Notes under the pieces: generated by a model
What the model was told of the DNA's origin: nothing
Databases searched by the model: none
Seen by the model: the letters and a program-made list of their open reading frames with translations, nothing else
Shown: one piece after another, positions 19,959 to 30,857 of the stretch
Position numbering within the stretch: the stretch's first letter is position 1
Layout: each line of letters begins with the position of its first letter
Source: a virus
Virus record (IMG/VR): IMGVR_UViG_3300031853_000033
Location: 3,494-67,493 of that record
DNA length: 64,000 nt
Strand: one strand, 5' to 3'
Position numbers and translations under genes: made by a program

Positions 19959-20162
19959 TTATTCGGCAGAATCAACAAATGCCTGAGCATACGCTTGCAA
20001 ATCCTCCGCAAGTTTCTTTGCTGATGCATCTGTAATGATCCTGTCGATACGTTTATTATCGGCAATAATTTTGCCTGTTTCCGGGTCAATCTCCGAATAA
20101 GTAATACTCATTCTTCTTCCTACTGCATCGTTCCAGATTGTCACTGATGTTACTACCTTCAT
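19959..20162 (-). CDS. Hypothetical small tail-module protein.
   Basis: 67-aa ORF with ATGA overlap to the downstream gene. Confidence 0.35.
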   Translation of the reverse strand: MKVVTSVTIWNDAVGRRMSITYSEIDPETGKIIADNKRIDRIITDASAKKLAEDLQAYAQAFVDSAE

Positions 20163-22870
20163 GCTGCCGCCTCTCTTTCATGTGCTATCTCTTTAATATG
20201 TTCCGCAGCCGAATCACCATAATCTGACTGTGTTTTACTGACATGACTATTAGCCAATCCACTATAATCTGTCCTATCAGTTTTAATTTCAATCGGTGTA
20301 TCTAATCGTCTTTCTTCGTATCCTGTCTGTTTTGCTTTGATTTCCCATCCGAATGATAATCCCGGAGTACCCTCTACGATAAAATACGATTCCGCTCGTT
20401 TTGATATATAACACTCTCCATTTCCGTATTTTTGAATGAACACTTGATATTGAGTAGTTGATACTGTTTCAGCAAAAGTTGGGTCAATTATTATATAACA
20501 TTGGCCGTCCTCTCCGATTACGCCTTCCCCTATGTCACCAAACATCGGTGTAGGTGTTTCATAGCAATACAAAAGACGTTCACCATAATCTTTTGTTTGG
20601 GCAAGACGAGATTTAGTTCCGTCAACTACAACATTTCCGTCAACATTAACGTTTCCCCATACATCAACATTTTTTACCACACGAAAATCATCATCAACTT
20701 CAGTAAATCCATGAAGAAAAATACCGTTGGTAAGATATGTTTGAAGACTTCCCGCATCTGTATCCAAAATAAATTGATTGTCGAAGGTATTCATTATTCG
20801 CAAATATCCTGGATACAACTCAGATTGATTATCACCTGTCCCGTATTGAGATATTCCTATAGCACTAAATCTCGATATTTGAGTAACCGGATTTCCATAT
20901 ATAAAAGCAATAGATGGGTATTCGATAGTTATACTATCACCGGGCACATAAAATGGTAATGGAAGTGAATAAAACCTATCAGATTGATTGATTACTAATC
21001 GGTTGTTTATCCCGCTTTTTTCATTATTGATTACTAAACCTTCTGTACTCAGTGTTATGTGACCGCCATAATACGGATCTATGCTATACGGTATCCTAAT
21101 CATAGAACTGTTATTACCGTCAACATACACGTAATTGTCTGCGGTAAGCGATTTCGCCGTCAGTCCGGTGTTTCTCCACTCTCCGACCTGATTACCGTTT
21201 GCATCAAGCATCCGTAATAAACCGTTAATATTATCTTGTCCACCTAATGTTAATGTGCCGCCAGTACCTCTATCAAAATTGATTTTAATAGTATCTATAA
21301 TTTGAGCAATTAAGGTTCCGTTGACCGTAAGGCCGTACCAAACAGGATTTGGGTCTGTACCGTTTGCCGTCATTGTTATACCGACATCAGAGACCATAAT
21401 ACGAATATCCGATGCGTTAAGACCAGATTGATCTGTGGCTGTTCCGTCCGGGCCTTTGTTGTGCAGATAATGAGTAACCGCTCCTGTTTGTGGATCTGTG
21501 ATGTCAGTCTGATACATTCCGTTTGCGTTTGTTATTGCATCAGAAAGCCTTTGTTCGGCAGCTGTCCAATCGTCAACAGATTTTTTTATCTGCTTTCTCA
21601 ATTCCACATAGTTCTTTGTTTCGGCAGAATACCTCGCTGCACTGTTTCGTGCAGGAGTTTGTGCAGAAGAAACAACAGTCTGCTGACCAAACGGTGAGAA
21701 CACTGTCTTAGAAATCAGTATCGGATAATTGTTTCCTTTCCTATCAAATATGATTCCGACATCACCGGCTTCAATACTTGGGTCTGAAGGAATCGACACA
21801 TTCGCTTTACGGAAAGTCAGACCGATAAGCTGAACACCGAGCCATCCAAGGATGTCATTCACATTGCTTTCGGTAATCAGTTCATTGTTGGAAATCTCAA
21901 CTACATAGCCGGCAGTTCCTTCCATATGAGATACGATTTCATTTCCAGATTCGGAATTACTGTTTGCTTTAACGAGGATCCTCACGCCTGTAATAACCAC
22001 ATCGTCTACGGATATGCTGTGGCTGAATGTTGAGCTGATGACATGTACATTCTTCAGAACCTGCGTGAAATCTCCGTCATCATAAACATATCCTGTGTCC
22101 CAGGGATTGAAAGAACCACCGTCCGCAGTATCGCCTGTCTGATAACTGGATGATGTAGTCTCATCGAATACGCCTCCGTCAAGACCTTCAAGAAAGCTGT
22201 CCAGAGCATTCGTGTCATACCATTTCAGTTCTAGTCTGCCGTACACATCACATCTTGCAAAACATCCGCAAATCTGAGCGACCCATGCGATGACTTCCCG
22301 GCATGAACACGTATCTTTCTCCGGACCTGTCGAAATTTCGAATGTTCTGTGTGGAAAGTTCACAGTTCCGAGAGCAACACCGCAATGACTGCAAATCGCA
22401 TTTACGATTTCCTGCGCCTGTGCCGGAAATGTTATATTTATCTCCGAGAACGGCACATCGAATTTTGACATATAGTCAAGTAGATCCAAAGATATAATCG
22501 TTTCATCGTAGTCTGCCGTATCGACAATGAATGTGCCTTTGCGCAGTCTCTCGACTTCACCGTTTGCTCCACAGGCAAGGCCGATATTTGTGATGACTTC
22601 CGCACCTTCGAAGGTGTAATCGTTGAAGTCTTCATACATATTGTTCAGCCGAAGCTTCTGTTTGTTGATAATCGCCGCCCCGATCTGAAAGTCGCTGTCA
22701 GAAGAAACTGCATCCTCAAAAGATAAACTGCCTTGCCAGATATCTTCATTTGTAAGATTCAGTACGGTTCCGTCTGTTAGTGTAATCTTTACGGTTTCTA
22801 AATAATTTCTGTTTCCGTCATATAAAGCCTGACGGAATTGCGGAGTAACATTTATCATCCCGTCCGTCAC
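20159..22870 (-). CDS. Tail-associated lysin / tail tip protein (Tal-like).
   Basis: 903 aa, directly after the Dit-like gene in canonical TMP-Dit-Tal order. Confidence 0.5.
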   Translation of the reverse strand: MTDGMINVTPQFRQALYDGNRNYLETVKITLTDGTVLNLTNEDIWQGSLSFEDAVSSDSDFQIGAAIINKQKLRLNNMYEDFNDYTFEGAEVITNIGLACGANGEVERLRKGTFIVDTADYDETIISLDLLDYMSKFDVPFSEINITFPAQAQEIVNAICSHCGVALGTVNFPHRTFEISTGPEKDTCSCREVIAWVAQICGCFARCDVYGRLELKWYDTNALDSFLEGLDGGVFDETTSSSYQTGDTADGGSFNPWDTGYVYDDGDFTQVLKNVHVISSTFSHSISVDDVVITGVRILVKANSNSESGNEIVSHMEGTAGYVVEISNNELITESNVNDILGWLGVQLIGLTFRKANVSIPSDPSIEAGDVGIIFDRKGNNYPILISKTVFSPFGQQTVVSSAQTPARNSAARYSAETKNYVELRKQIKKSVDDWTAAEQRLSDAITNANGMYQTDITDPQTGAVTHYLHNKGPDGTATDQSGLNASDIRIMVSDVGITMTANGTDPNPVWYGLTVNGTLIAQIIDTIKINFDRGTGGTLTLGGQDNINGLLRMLDANGNQVGEWRNTGLTAKSLTADNYVYVDGNNSSMIRIPYSIDPYYGGHITLSTEGLVINNEKSGINNRLVINQSDRFYSLPLPFYVPGDSITIEYPSIAFIYGNPVTQISRFSAIGISQYGTGDNQSELYPGYLRIMNTFDNQFILDTDAGSLQTYLTNGIFLHGFTEVDDDFRVVKNVDVWGNVNVDGNVVVDGTKSRLAQTKDYGERLLYCYETPTPMFGDIGEGVIGEDGQCYIIIDPTFAETVSTTQYQVFIQKYGNGECYISKRAESYFIVEGTPGLSFGWEIKAKQTGYEERRLDTPIEIKTDRTDYSGLANSHVSKTQSDYGDSAAEHIKEIAHEREAAA

Positions 22871-23235
22871 CTCTCTATGATGTCAAATGTTATTGTTTCG
22901 ATTATATGCCTGTTCAACTGCCACATCTTCACCGGAGCTTGTCTGTCACCTACGTAGAAGGTTCTTGTCTCATACTGATTGTTGAGCATATCGAAGTATC
23001 TGACATTGACATATTCCGGCTGAAACGCTTGCAGAATCTGTGCCGTCACTGTAGTGTCTTTAACTCTCCATCCAAGCTGAATCTTTCTTTTCTGAGCAAT
23101 TCTTGCTTTGTGCATCAGAGCGTCTTCTGTTCGTCCTGCTCCGGGAGCGCTGACATCTTGCAGTGACCATGTATATACATAAGGTTGAGGCAATGCCACA
23201 CCATCTACGATTATGAGTTTGTTTACATCGGACAT
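22867..23235 (-). CDS. Distal tail protein (Dit-like, short).
   Basis: Position between TMP and Tal. 122 aa. Confidence 0.35.
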   Translation of the reverse strand: MSDVNKLIIVDGVALPQPYVYTWSLQDVSAPGAGRTEDALMHKARIAQKRKIQLGWRVKDTTVTAQILQAFQPEYVNVRYFDMLNNQYETRTFYVGDRQAPVKMWQLNRHIIETITFDIIER

Positions 23236-23294
23236 TTTCCCTCACCTCTTTCATGAGAAAAGGCACTCAAGCCATCAGACTCAAGTGCCTTATG

Positions 23295-26200
23295 TTAATA
23301 AGAATAACTCGGAGTTGCATTGTATCTCTGGTCTAGTCTTGCTCGTCCTCTGGATACTGACTGAGCCAGCGCTTCGTCATCCGTCTTTAGAATGGATTGC
23401 ACAATGACTTCTACGGTCTGCGGATTCTGAGCAAGTGCCATCGCCACACCTGTTGCGACCGCATCGGACATATCGTCTGCGCTCATTCCCATTCCCGTAG
23501 GAGAAGCATCCACGATAGCAGAAGCGATCCTAGCCATGACAGCTTTATTTTCAAGCGGAAGAGCGGCTTCGTCACCTGCTTCACCGAAACCTTGAAGGAC
23601 TGTAGGTTCTGTAAACAGACCGCCTTTGGCATTCCATGTTACCCAGAAGTTAGGTATCTGCACCCAATCACCTTCGCCGTAGTAAATCGTATGCCAATTC
23701 CAGTCGATTCTCGGAATAGAAATATGCTGACTGATCAGACCGTTTGATAATGCTTGTGCCGCTGATGCTCCTGCGCTTCTGAACGATTCGGTCAATCCGC
23801 TGAGCGAGCCGGCTATCTGGCTGACGTAACTTTGTACAGTTGTAAGAACATTTGACATTCCCGTCTGAACAGTGGAATTCAGATTTGCCATCTGAACGTC
23901 TCGCATATCAGCAACAATATCCCCCCACTTCCGGGACATATATGTCTTCGCCGCATCGGTAAAGAATTTTACCTGCCCGAATTGCAGTTTCATATTGTTG
24001 TAGGTGTCGGTATTCATCGTGCCTGTATTTGTTGACACGTTTGTTGCTGACTCGTCAAACGCGGCAGTGATGGCATCTTTGGACTCTCCGGATTTTGTAT
24101 CAACTTCAGTCTCCATCTTCGACACGGAACCGGATACGTCTTTTTCTAATCCTTCCATCTCTTTCGAGCTTTCGGTATGGGCCTGCTTCATTTCGCGGAT
24201 CTGTTGGGTTCTTGCCCGAGAAGCAGAATCGCCCATCGTGCGTTCAATGGTAGACATTGAACTGCTGACGTTCGTTGCCATAGTTGATGCGGAGCCGGAT
24301 ACTTCGGTTGCCATTGTGCTGATATCTGTTTTTGCGGAATCCGTACCGGTTTTGACTGCGTTAGGGAACAGTATAGAGAATACATCTGCTACACCGGATA
24401 CATTTCCATCCATTTCCTCTACTTTTCCACAAATCAAATCGTATGCGGCTTGAGCGGTCAAGCTTGCAGGATTTTGTGCATAAAGTGCAGTAGACAAAGA
24501 TGTCATTTGGTCTGCGCTCAATCCTGTCGCAGTACCGACCCTTCCGACAATCTCTTCGAGAGAATAGAAATCTTCTATCGGATTGGTGCCATAGGAAGAG
24601 AAATCCATCTTCGAATACAGGTTCTCCATTCCGCTTGCAGCTATGTCTGAATCTGTCTTCAAATCTCCGATATGAGTAGACAACTGAGCGACCATCTCAT
24701 CGGTGAGCCAACCATTTTCTTTGATAATGGCAAGCGCACGCTCCATGTCTCCGCTCGAGATTTGCCATTCTCCCATCTTTCCGATGATGGCATTGAATAC
24801 TTCCTCAGAAGACGCTCCGGCCGATTCCATATCTTCCTTCATCTTCCAAAGTTGTTCGGATTGTCCGGGGCTTAATGCGTTGAATGTCTGCATCGCCTTG
24901 ATAAGGCCGTCAATGGCATTTCCTTCATCTGTTGCTTTGCCGTTTCCGCCTTGAAGTGTTTCGACTCCAAGCTGGATCGTGTGACAAGCTTCAAGGAATG
25001 CATATCCGATACCGACAATAGCCGCCGCAGAACCAAGCACGCCTGCTATAGATCCGGAGAACAATTTTAGTCCTGTGTTCGCAGATACTTGTGCAGCTGC
25101 ATTTGTTGCTCCTGTTGTAAGGCCTGCTCCGAGTGCCGCAGACAAATGCCATGCCAAGTGTTTGATGACTCTGTCTCCGATAAGCGCCATGCCTATTGCT
25201 TTTACGAATGGCCCGATAAGATCCCATCCGATAACAAGAAGCCCCATACCTCTGACTACCTTACCGGCAGTCGTTGTGCCGAGTCCTTCCCAGATACCTT
25301 CGGTTGCCGTGATGATTGTATTTTTGACAAGTTCAAACACATCTTTCCACGGAACCATTTCAAGAAGTTCTGCTATTCTGGTTCCGAATGCCGCCCACTC
25401 TTCCTTCGTCTGCGGAAGTGCGTTTGTCATGAACGTAATAATACCTTCACACCATGCTTTAAGGGTTGTTCCGAGGTCATTCCACAATTCATCGTCATCG
25501 ATTGCATTTTTGACGAAGGTGTGTACATTTGTTCCGATATCTTTCCATTCGATAATTTTCGAAAGCCTAAGAAGGAAACTTAAAGAGCCTTTAAAGAAAC
25601 CACGTATAGCTTCGCCGAGTTTTGTCCATTTTTCTTGGTCAGCAAACGCCGCGTTAATCAGCGCTCCCGTTTTTTCTGCAAGATCTTCAAAGCCGCCCTC
25701 TTTCCTGAACTCATTAATTCCTGATGATAAAAAGTCGAGAACCGCCATCATAGCATCGGAGACAACAATTTCCAAATCACTTGTGGGAATGCCTTTCAAC
25801 GCTTCGGCAAGTAGCGTGCCGACTTTCGTACCGAGGTCATCCCAAGTATCCTTCATTTTCTCCAGGAATCCTTTGGCAAGCTGAAGCGCAGATTTGATTG
25901 CCATTGAGATAAGTCCGGCAATCTTGTGCGGATCTACATTCAGTATCAGCTTCTCAAGTCTCGTTCCGATTTCAGTTCCGAGATTTTCCCATCCGATACC
26001 ACCGAGAAAATCCGTTGCACCTTCAACTGCGAGATTGATGACATTGGCAATCTGTTCCGGATTTATCATCGACATAGCGCCGAGGATAAACTGTTCTACC
26101 TTCTGACCGACCAAATCCCACTGCCCTTGCATTTCTTCAAGGAATCCTTCAAGGATGCTGACAGCCGCACTGAATTTCTGCATAATCAGTCTGCCGAGAC

Positions 26201-28196
26201 CGTATGCATCGAAATCCTTAACCAGTCCGAGGAAGGAAATTCCTAATGAATGACCGATGCTGTCGAAAAGCGTTTTATCGTACAGTTCGTTCGCAAATCT
26301 GATTCCTGCATTTAAGACATTGGCGATTGACCATCCGAGATCAGCCCACAGAGGATTGCTCGGATCGAAAAATCCGTTTATGGTTCCGGCAATGCCTGTG
26401 GTGATTTCTTCTATGTACGGATTGATAAAATCCGGTTCAAAGAATTCGCCGATTGCTCTGATGCCTTTCCATAACAGGTCGGCGATTGTTTTTCCGAGTC
26501 CGTTCCAGTCTTTGGATGTAAAAGCAGCTACGATTTTGTCGGCAATCTCCTGTGCCTTATTGCTCAGACCGTCAAGTGCTTTCTGCCAAGCGGCTTCGTA
26601 CTCGTCCATCAGGGAACTGAGCGCATTGTCAAGAAGACCCATGTCTCCGGGATTCATTCCTGTAGCACCGCCTGTTCCGGAACCGCCGGAACCGCTACCG
26701 CCTGTTCCGGATGAAGAACTTTCGTTCGGAGAATTGAGGACATTCAATTCATCGAATCCTAGAATGGTATTTTTTAGTTTTTCGGCAGTATCGGCCGCAT
26801 TTCCAAGCGCATCATTCGCTCCGTCAGCCGCGTCCGCAATAGCATCCGTACCGCTTGCGGCATCATCGCTATAATCAGCCATATCAGCAAACGCATCGCT
26901 CATACCGCCCGTAGCACCGCCACCCTCGCTCTTGATTCCGAGAAATTTTCCAAGCCACACAAACAGTCTCTGTAGGGCAATTACAAGACCGTTGATATAA
27001 GGCAGTACCTTCTGCACAACAGGAAGGAAGATGTTACCGATTGCCCTTGCCAGTGTATTGACATTCTGTGTTAACAGTCTGTACTGGTTAGCCGGCGTGT
27101 TCAGCGTTGTTGCCATATCGCCCCATGCCACACGGGACTGGTCTAAGATGGCAATCATACGCAGTTCTGCTTTTGCCGCGCCATCCAGTTTGGATACGGA
27201 CGTAGTCAGTCCTGCGTTGTAAGCATACTGCTGAAGAGTAGCCACCGAGATGTCAACACCGAGTGAACGCACCGCTCTTGTCTGACCTGCAAGTGCGGAC
27301 GCCATCTTCGTGTAAGACTCTTCGAATCCGATGTTTCTCAGAGCAGACCAGTCGGCTCCGAGCATTGTTAATGCCTTGGATGTCTGTAAAGCGGCTTCGG
27401 ATGTCATGCCGAGACCGTTCGCCATCTGACCGAATTGTGCCTGATAATTGAGGAGCATATTCGGGTCAAGGCCGAGGTTTACCTGTCCTGTCGATGTAGC
27501 TTCGCCGGTTTCTCTGTCGATGTTGAAGCCGGACATCTTCCGTGTCAGTTCGAGCGCTCTGTCCTTAAAGGAATTCGCATACGCTTCAGCCGAATCATAT
27601 CCTGCCTGCGCCCAACTGTTGACGGAATCTTCTCCGATTTTGTCGAATGATCTGTCAAAGTAGTGGAAGGTCTCGATGAAGTTCATTGCTTTCGATGTGG
27701 CATCCCATAGCGTACCGAATATCTTCTTCAGAACAGTGAATTTAATGACAAGACTTCCGACTGTAGTTATCAGACTCTCAAACTGTTCTTTTGTATTTTT
27801 TGCTCCCGTGACGAGTTTTGTAAAACCGCTTACGGCAGAAGCTGTTCCTTTGCCGAGAGCCATCATTCCTTTCGCCATAGCTGTCGGAGTTCCGATGAAC
27901 ATTCCTTTGCCGACAGTCAGACCGAATTTCGCTACGGTCTTTGTGTAATTGCCGAGCGTGGAGAATGACTTTCTGAAAGCCGCTCCGAATCGGGTAGCTG
28001 CTCTGGAAGAATTGTCAACAGAATGAGACAGTGACTGAACCTGTTTCGTGGTCACATTGATTTTGGTATTACCTTTGACTTGAGTGAGGGCTTTTGACAA
28101 TTCTCCCAGTTTGCCTATCAGCCCATCAAGGGCGGCATTGGCTTCCGATGCATCAGCTTCAATTTTTAGCGTTAACTCGTCAAGATTCTGTGCCAT
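23295..28196 (-). CDS. Tail tape measure protein.
   Basis: 1633 aa, Ala/Gly-rich helical protein with TP901-type tape-measure core. Follows the chaperone pair. Confidence 0.85.
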   Translation of the reverse strand: MAQNLDELTLKIEADASEANAALDGLIGKLGELSKALTQVKGNTKINVTTKQVQSLSHSVDNSSRAATRFGAAFRKSFSTLGNYTKTVAKFGLTVGKGMFIGTPTAMAKGMMALGKGTASAVSGFTKLVTGAKNTKEQFESLITTVGSLVIKFTVLKKIFGTLWDATSKAMNFIETFHYFDRSFDKIGEDSVNSWAQAGYDSAEAYANSFKDRALELTRKMSGFNIDRETGEATSTGQVNLGLDPNMLLNYQAQFGQMANGLGMTSEAALQTSKALTMLGADWSALRNIGFEESYTKMASALAGQTRAVRSLGVDISVATLQQYAYNAGLTTSVSKLDGAAKAELRMIAILDQSRVAWGDMATTLNTPANQYRLLTQNVNTLARAIGNIFLPVVQKVLPYINGLVIALQRLFVWLGKFLGIKSEGGGATGGMSDAFADMADYSDDAASGTDAIADAADGANDALGNAADTAEKLKNTILGFDELNVLNSPNESSSSGTGGSGSGGSGTGGATGMNPGDMGLLDNALSSLMDEYEAAWQKALDGLSNKAQEIADKIVAAFTSKDWNGLGKTIADLLWKGIRAIGEFFEPDFINPYIEEITTGIAGTINGFFDPSNPLWADLGWSIANVLNAGIRFANELYDKTLFDSIGHSLGISFLGLVKDFDAYGLGRLIMQKFSAAVSILEGFLEEMQGQWDLVGQKVEQFILGAMSMINPEQIANVINLAVEGATDFLGGIGWENLGTEIGTRLEKLILNVDPHKIAGLISMAIKSALQLAKGFLEKMKDTWDDLGTKVGTLLAEALKGIPTSDLEIVVSDAMMAVLDFLSSGINEFRKEGGFEDLAEKTGALINAAFADQEKWTKLGEAIRGFFKGSLSFLLRLSKIIEWKDIGTNVHTFVKNAIDDDELWNDLGTTLKAWCEGIITFMTNALPQTKEEWAAFGTRIAELLEMVPWKDVFELVKNTIITATEGIWEGLGTTTAGKVVRGMGLLVIGWDLIGPFVKAIGMALIGDRVIKHLAWHLSAALGAGLTTGATNAAAQVSANTGLKLFSGSIAGVLGSAAAIVGIGYAFLEACHTIQLGVETLQGGNGKATDEGNAIDGLIKAMQTFNALSPGQSEQLWKMKEDMESAGASSEEVFNAIIGKMGEWQISSGDMERALAIIKENGWLTDEMVAQLSTHIGDLKTDSDIAASGMENLYSKMDFSSYGTNPIEDFYSLEEIVGRVGTATGLSADQMTSLSTALYAQNPASLTAQAAYDLICGKVEEMDGNVSGVADVFSILFPNAVKTGTDSAKTDISTMATEVSGSASTMATNVSSSMSTIERTMGDSASRARTQQIREMKQAHTESSKEMEGLEKDVSGSVSKMETEVDTKSGESKDAITAAFDESATNVSTNTGTMNTDTYNNMKLQFGQVKFFTDAAKTYMSRKWGDIVADMRDVQMANLNSTVQTGMSNVLTTVQSYVSQIAGSLSGLTESFRSAGASAAQALSNGLISQHISIPRIDWNWHTIYYGEGDWVQIPNFWVTWNAKGGLFTEPTVLQGFGEAGDEAALPLENKAVMARIASAIVDASPTGMGMSADDMSDAVATGVAMALAQNPQTVEVIVQSILKTDDEALAQSVSRGRARLDQRYNATPSYSY

Positions 28197-28548
28197 TGTT
28201 TCTCACCTCACTCTCTTTATCCAAGCTTGTCGTACCAAACTTGGCTTTATTAAATGCCATTGCCCATGTAGCGAATTTCTCTGCATCGGAAACAGGTTTG
28301 ACATCTTCTTCCGGTTTCTTTGCAACGCCGTATGGGTCAATCGGCTTTTCGGGATATCTCCCTTTTCCGATAGTCGATATCGCTCTCTGTACGTAAACAC
28401 CTTTGAGCCAACTCTCCGAATCTATCTCTGTCAGCCGTTGTCTTCTCTGCTCTGTGTAATACGGAGCATATCGTTTCAGCTTCTTCGGATTCATGTTGTA
28501 GAAAGTCTCGCAAGGTATTCCGAGAGCCACGCCTACCGGAATCCACAC
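28180..28548 (-). CDS. T-part (-1 frame extension) of the tail assembly chaperone G-T frameshift product.
   Basis: The reading frame is open from the slippery site inside the upstream chaperone gene through to 28180. Confidence 0.5.
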   Translation of the reverse strand: MWIPVGVALGIPCETFYNMNPKKLKRYAPYYTEQRRQRLTEIDSESWLKGVYVQRAISTIGKGRYPEKPIDPYGVAKKPEEDVKPVSDAEKFATWAMAFNKAKFGTTSLDKESEVRNNGTES

Positions 28549-28589
28549 CTCTTTGATGTAGTCATAAGTATTATCGAATTTCTTCCGGA

Positions 28590-28940
28590 TTATGCTCTCG
28601 TTGCTTTCCTCTTGTGATCCTGCGGCTGGACGGGAAGTTTGCCCTCTTGTTTTCTGAGGGCTTTGAAAAAATCCGAATCCTCAACCGCCTGTGTGAATGC
28701 ATCGAAAATTTCCGTGATACCGTTGCCGGCAATCATGTGAGCCTGGATCAGTTCGCCTGCGGCTTCTACATCGGAATCGGTAATCCATGCGACAATTGCT
28801 CTCGCAGAATTGATGGTACTCTTCTTCATCTGCTTCGGATTAAGGATGTCCACGCCGTAGTCTGCAAGATCGCAGAGCGCATTAAAGTTAATTTCCGGGA
28901 CTTCATACTCTCTCTCATTAATTACGACCGTTCTTTTCAT
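28590..28940 (-). CDS. Tail assembly chaperone (G-like).
   Basis: 116 aa between the major tail and tape-measure genes. Contains the slippery heptamer. Confidence 0.55.
   Translation of the reverse strand: MKRTVVINEREYEVPEINFNALCDLADYGVDILNPKQMKKSTINSARAIVAWITDSDVEAAGELIQAHMIAGNGITEIFDAFTQAVEDSDFFKALRKQEGKLPVQPQDHKRKATRA
28665..28671 (-). other. Candidate -1 programmed ribosomal frameshift slippery heptamer U_UUU_UUC.
   Basis: Minus-strand GAT TTT TTC in the chaperone zero frame. The -1 frame stays open into ORF 28180..28548. Confidence 0.5.
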
Positions 28941-29048
28941 CTTCGGTATTTTCTCCTTTTTTGCATTTTATGTAATAAAAAAAGACGGGACTTACTGAAA
29001 AGCCCCGTCTGTCACTACCGCATTTCTAACCGCGGTTATATTTGTCGC

Positions 29049-29456
29049 TCACGCTTTTTTGGTGACAGCGGAAGACGGAGTGCATACGATTGTCATCTCA
29101 CGCACGGCGTTTACGTCACCGCCGTTGACATACACGGTATGTGTACCTGTCCAGGTGAATACGCCGTCAGCACCGTTGGCACCAAATGCCAGTTCGTAAA
29201 CCTGATCCTCTGTGCCTGCTTTCTGAAGTACGGACTCGTAATCTTGAAGCGTATAGTTTGCGGTAAATTCCATCTGATCTACTGTCTGTACACCCGGACA
29301 GAAGGTCTGAGCGGTATCCTGGAGATCTGTGGTCTCCAAATTATCGGGAGCGCCGCCCAGGTCCGGATACGATTTGATTTTGCACAGTTCGGCAACAGAA
29401 GCAGCTGCCGCACCGCATTTCAGCACGGTGCCAATGGTAGAAATACCCTTGCCCAT
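29049..29456 (-). CDS. Major tail protein.
   Basis: 135 aa immediately upstream of the chaperones. Composition fits TP901-1-type major tail proteins. Confidence 0.55.
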   Translation of the reverse strand: MGKGISTIGTVLKCGAAAASVAELCKIKSYPDLGGAPDNLETTDLQDTAQTFCPGVQTVDQMEFTANYTLQDYESVLQKAGTEDQVYELAFGANGADGVFTWTGTHTVYVNGGDVNAVREMTIVCTPSSAVTKKA

Positions 29457-29473
29457 AACTCATTGCTCCTTTC

Positions 29474-29875
29474 TTAATCTTCAAATCTGTCTATAACGTC
29501 ATCGCTTCCGATAATCCTCTCAAACCTTCCGGCCACTCTGAGAACATCGGGAGACGTATAATTAATCATTTCCGTAAAACCGTTTGACCGTCTGAAGTTC
29601 ATACGGTACATTGCACTGTTGACGATATCTGCCAGTCGATATGCGTCTGATAGGGATGTCTTGACGAATATGTCAATCTGCACACCGCAGGTCACTGCAT
29701 TCTCCGAATCGTTATCCGCAGATAAGTCATCGGCAATGGAGTTATTGATTATCGTCTGAACCGCACATGCAGGAAATTTCGCCTTTACATCCGACTGTGT
29801 GGATGTAACTGCTTTTACCTCATCTCCCAAGGCCAGTTTCACGTTGGTGAGTATTCTGTTTCGCCAATCAATCAT
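29474..29875 (-). CDS. Tail terminator/completion protein (putative).
   Basis: Start moved to the internal ATG forming an ATGA overlap with the upstream stop. Head-tail joining cluster. Confidence 0.4.
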   Translation of the reverse strand: MIDWRNRILTNVKLALGDEVKAVTSTQSDVKAKFPACAVQTIINNSIADDLSADNDSENAVTCGVQIDIFVKTSLSDAYRLADIVNSAMYRMNFRRSNGFTEMINYTSPDVLRVAGRFERIIGSDDVIDRFED

Positions 29876-30447
29876 TTTCTGTAAAACACCTGCCTTGCTA
29901 TAGAGAAAAGCTGTTTTCTCATTTCCTGTGATGCTTTCCACATCGGCGCTGACGGCTCTACGCCGGATGACTCATGCCATTCACCGGCTAGGTCTTGCCA
30001 TGTCCATGCTTCCTCATTGGCGTGTTGCTGCAACGGGAATGTGCCTCTGCCCATGCCGATTTTAAAGTGGCTGTCATCAGCGAATTGACCGGACCCAAAC
30101 TCCATCATCAGCAGCGGATTAACAAGTCTGACTTGAATGCCCTCTTTGTTAATCCATACTGCATAAACAGGTTTCGGAGTGCCGACAACATATCCTTCAG
30201 CACCTTTGGATGTCTTCTCATGCGTGACGCTCCATGTAACGTACATCCCGTAAGACATATCATCTTTATTTCCGAGAGTACCAATGGCGATGTTGTTCAT
30301 GAGTGCCACGGCGAATCCTTCTTCTGCAAGCTTCCGTACGAACTGGTCGCACCTGTTACTCAGTGTGCGCTTGTAGGTACGGAGTGCTTTCTTGCAGTCG
30401 AGGATTCCACCTTTGGCATTAAGGTCTAAGACTATTGTCCTTGGCAT
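29872..30447 (-). CDS. Tail component (HK97 gp10-like, putative).
   Basis: Position in the head-tail connector cluster. 191 aa. Confidence 0.35.
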   Translation of the reverse strand: MPRTIVLDLNAKGGILDCKKALRTYKRTLSNRCDQFVRKLAEEGFAVALMNNIAIGTLGNKDDMSYGMYVTWSVTHEKTSKGAEGYVVGTPKPVYAVWINKEGIQVRLVNPLLMMEFGSGQFADDSHFKIGMGRGTFPLQQHANEEAWTWQDLAGEWHESSGVEPSAPMWKASQEMRKQLFSIARQVFYRK

Positions 30448-30857
30448 TACTCTTCATCACCGCCTTGACCTGTGTGCTGTCTCAGAGCGTAGTGAACATG
30501 ATAATGTCCTCTCGCAATGGCAGCGACTCGATACTTGGCTGTTTCGGGAATCACATTGCCATCGTTATCAAGCGGTGGCTCCGTATCCCACAGAAGAGTC
30601 CGCTCATCAATACCTAGATCCATCTTGGCTGTAGACATTGTGTTTGAGTAGTTGACTTCAAGACCGAAGATGTCATGGTCTGTTAATCCCCTTGAGGGCG
30701 AGATATTTGCTCTCGTCATTTTGGGAGCACCGTACTCTCTTGACATCTCTCCGGTGAAGTCTCCATTCTCATCCACAATAGGAACGGGGTCTTCTCTTAA
30801 TGCGTACCAAATCTTCTGCGTGTTGATCCTAGCATTCAGCATCAAACCACCTCGCAA
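30447..30857 (-). CDS. Head-tail adaptor / head closure protein (putative).
   Basis: Position and size (136 aa). Confidence 0.4.
   Translation of the reverse strand: MRGGLMLNARINTQKIWYALREDPVPIVDENGDFTGEMSREYGAPKMTRANISPSRGLTDHDIFGLEVNYSNTMSTAKMDLGIDERTLLWDTEPPLDNDGNVIPETAKYRVAAIARGHYHVHYALRQHTGQGGDEE

Noticed and set aside
25075-26874. Long plus-strand ORFs (269 aa, 205 aa and others) inside the tape-measure region.
   Set aside because: They are antisense to a 1633-aa gene with strong coding features. Ser/Pro/Ala-rich translations are a mirror-frame artefact. The same reasoning discards the other plus-strand ORFs that overlap minus-strand genes across the window.
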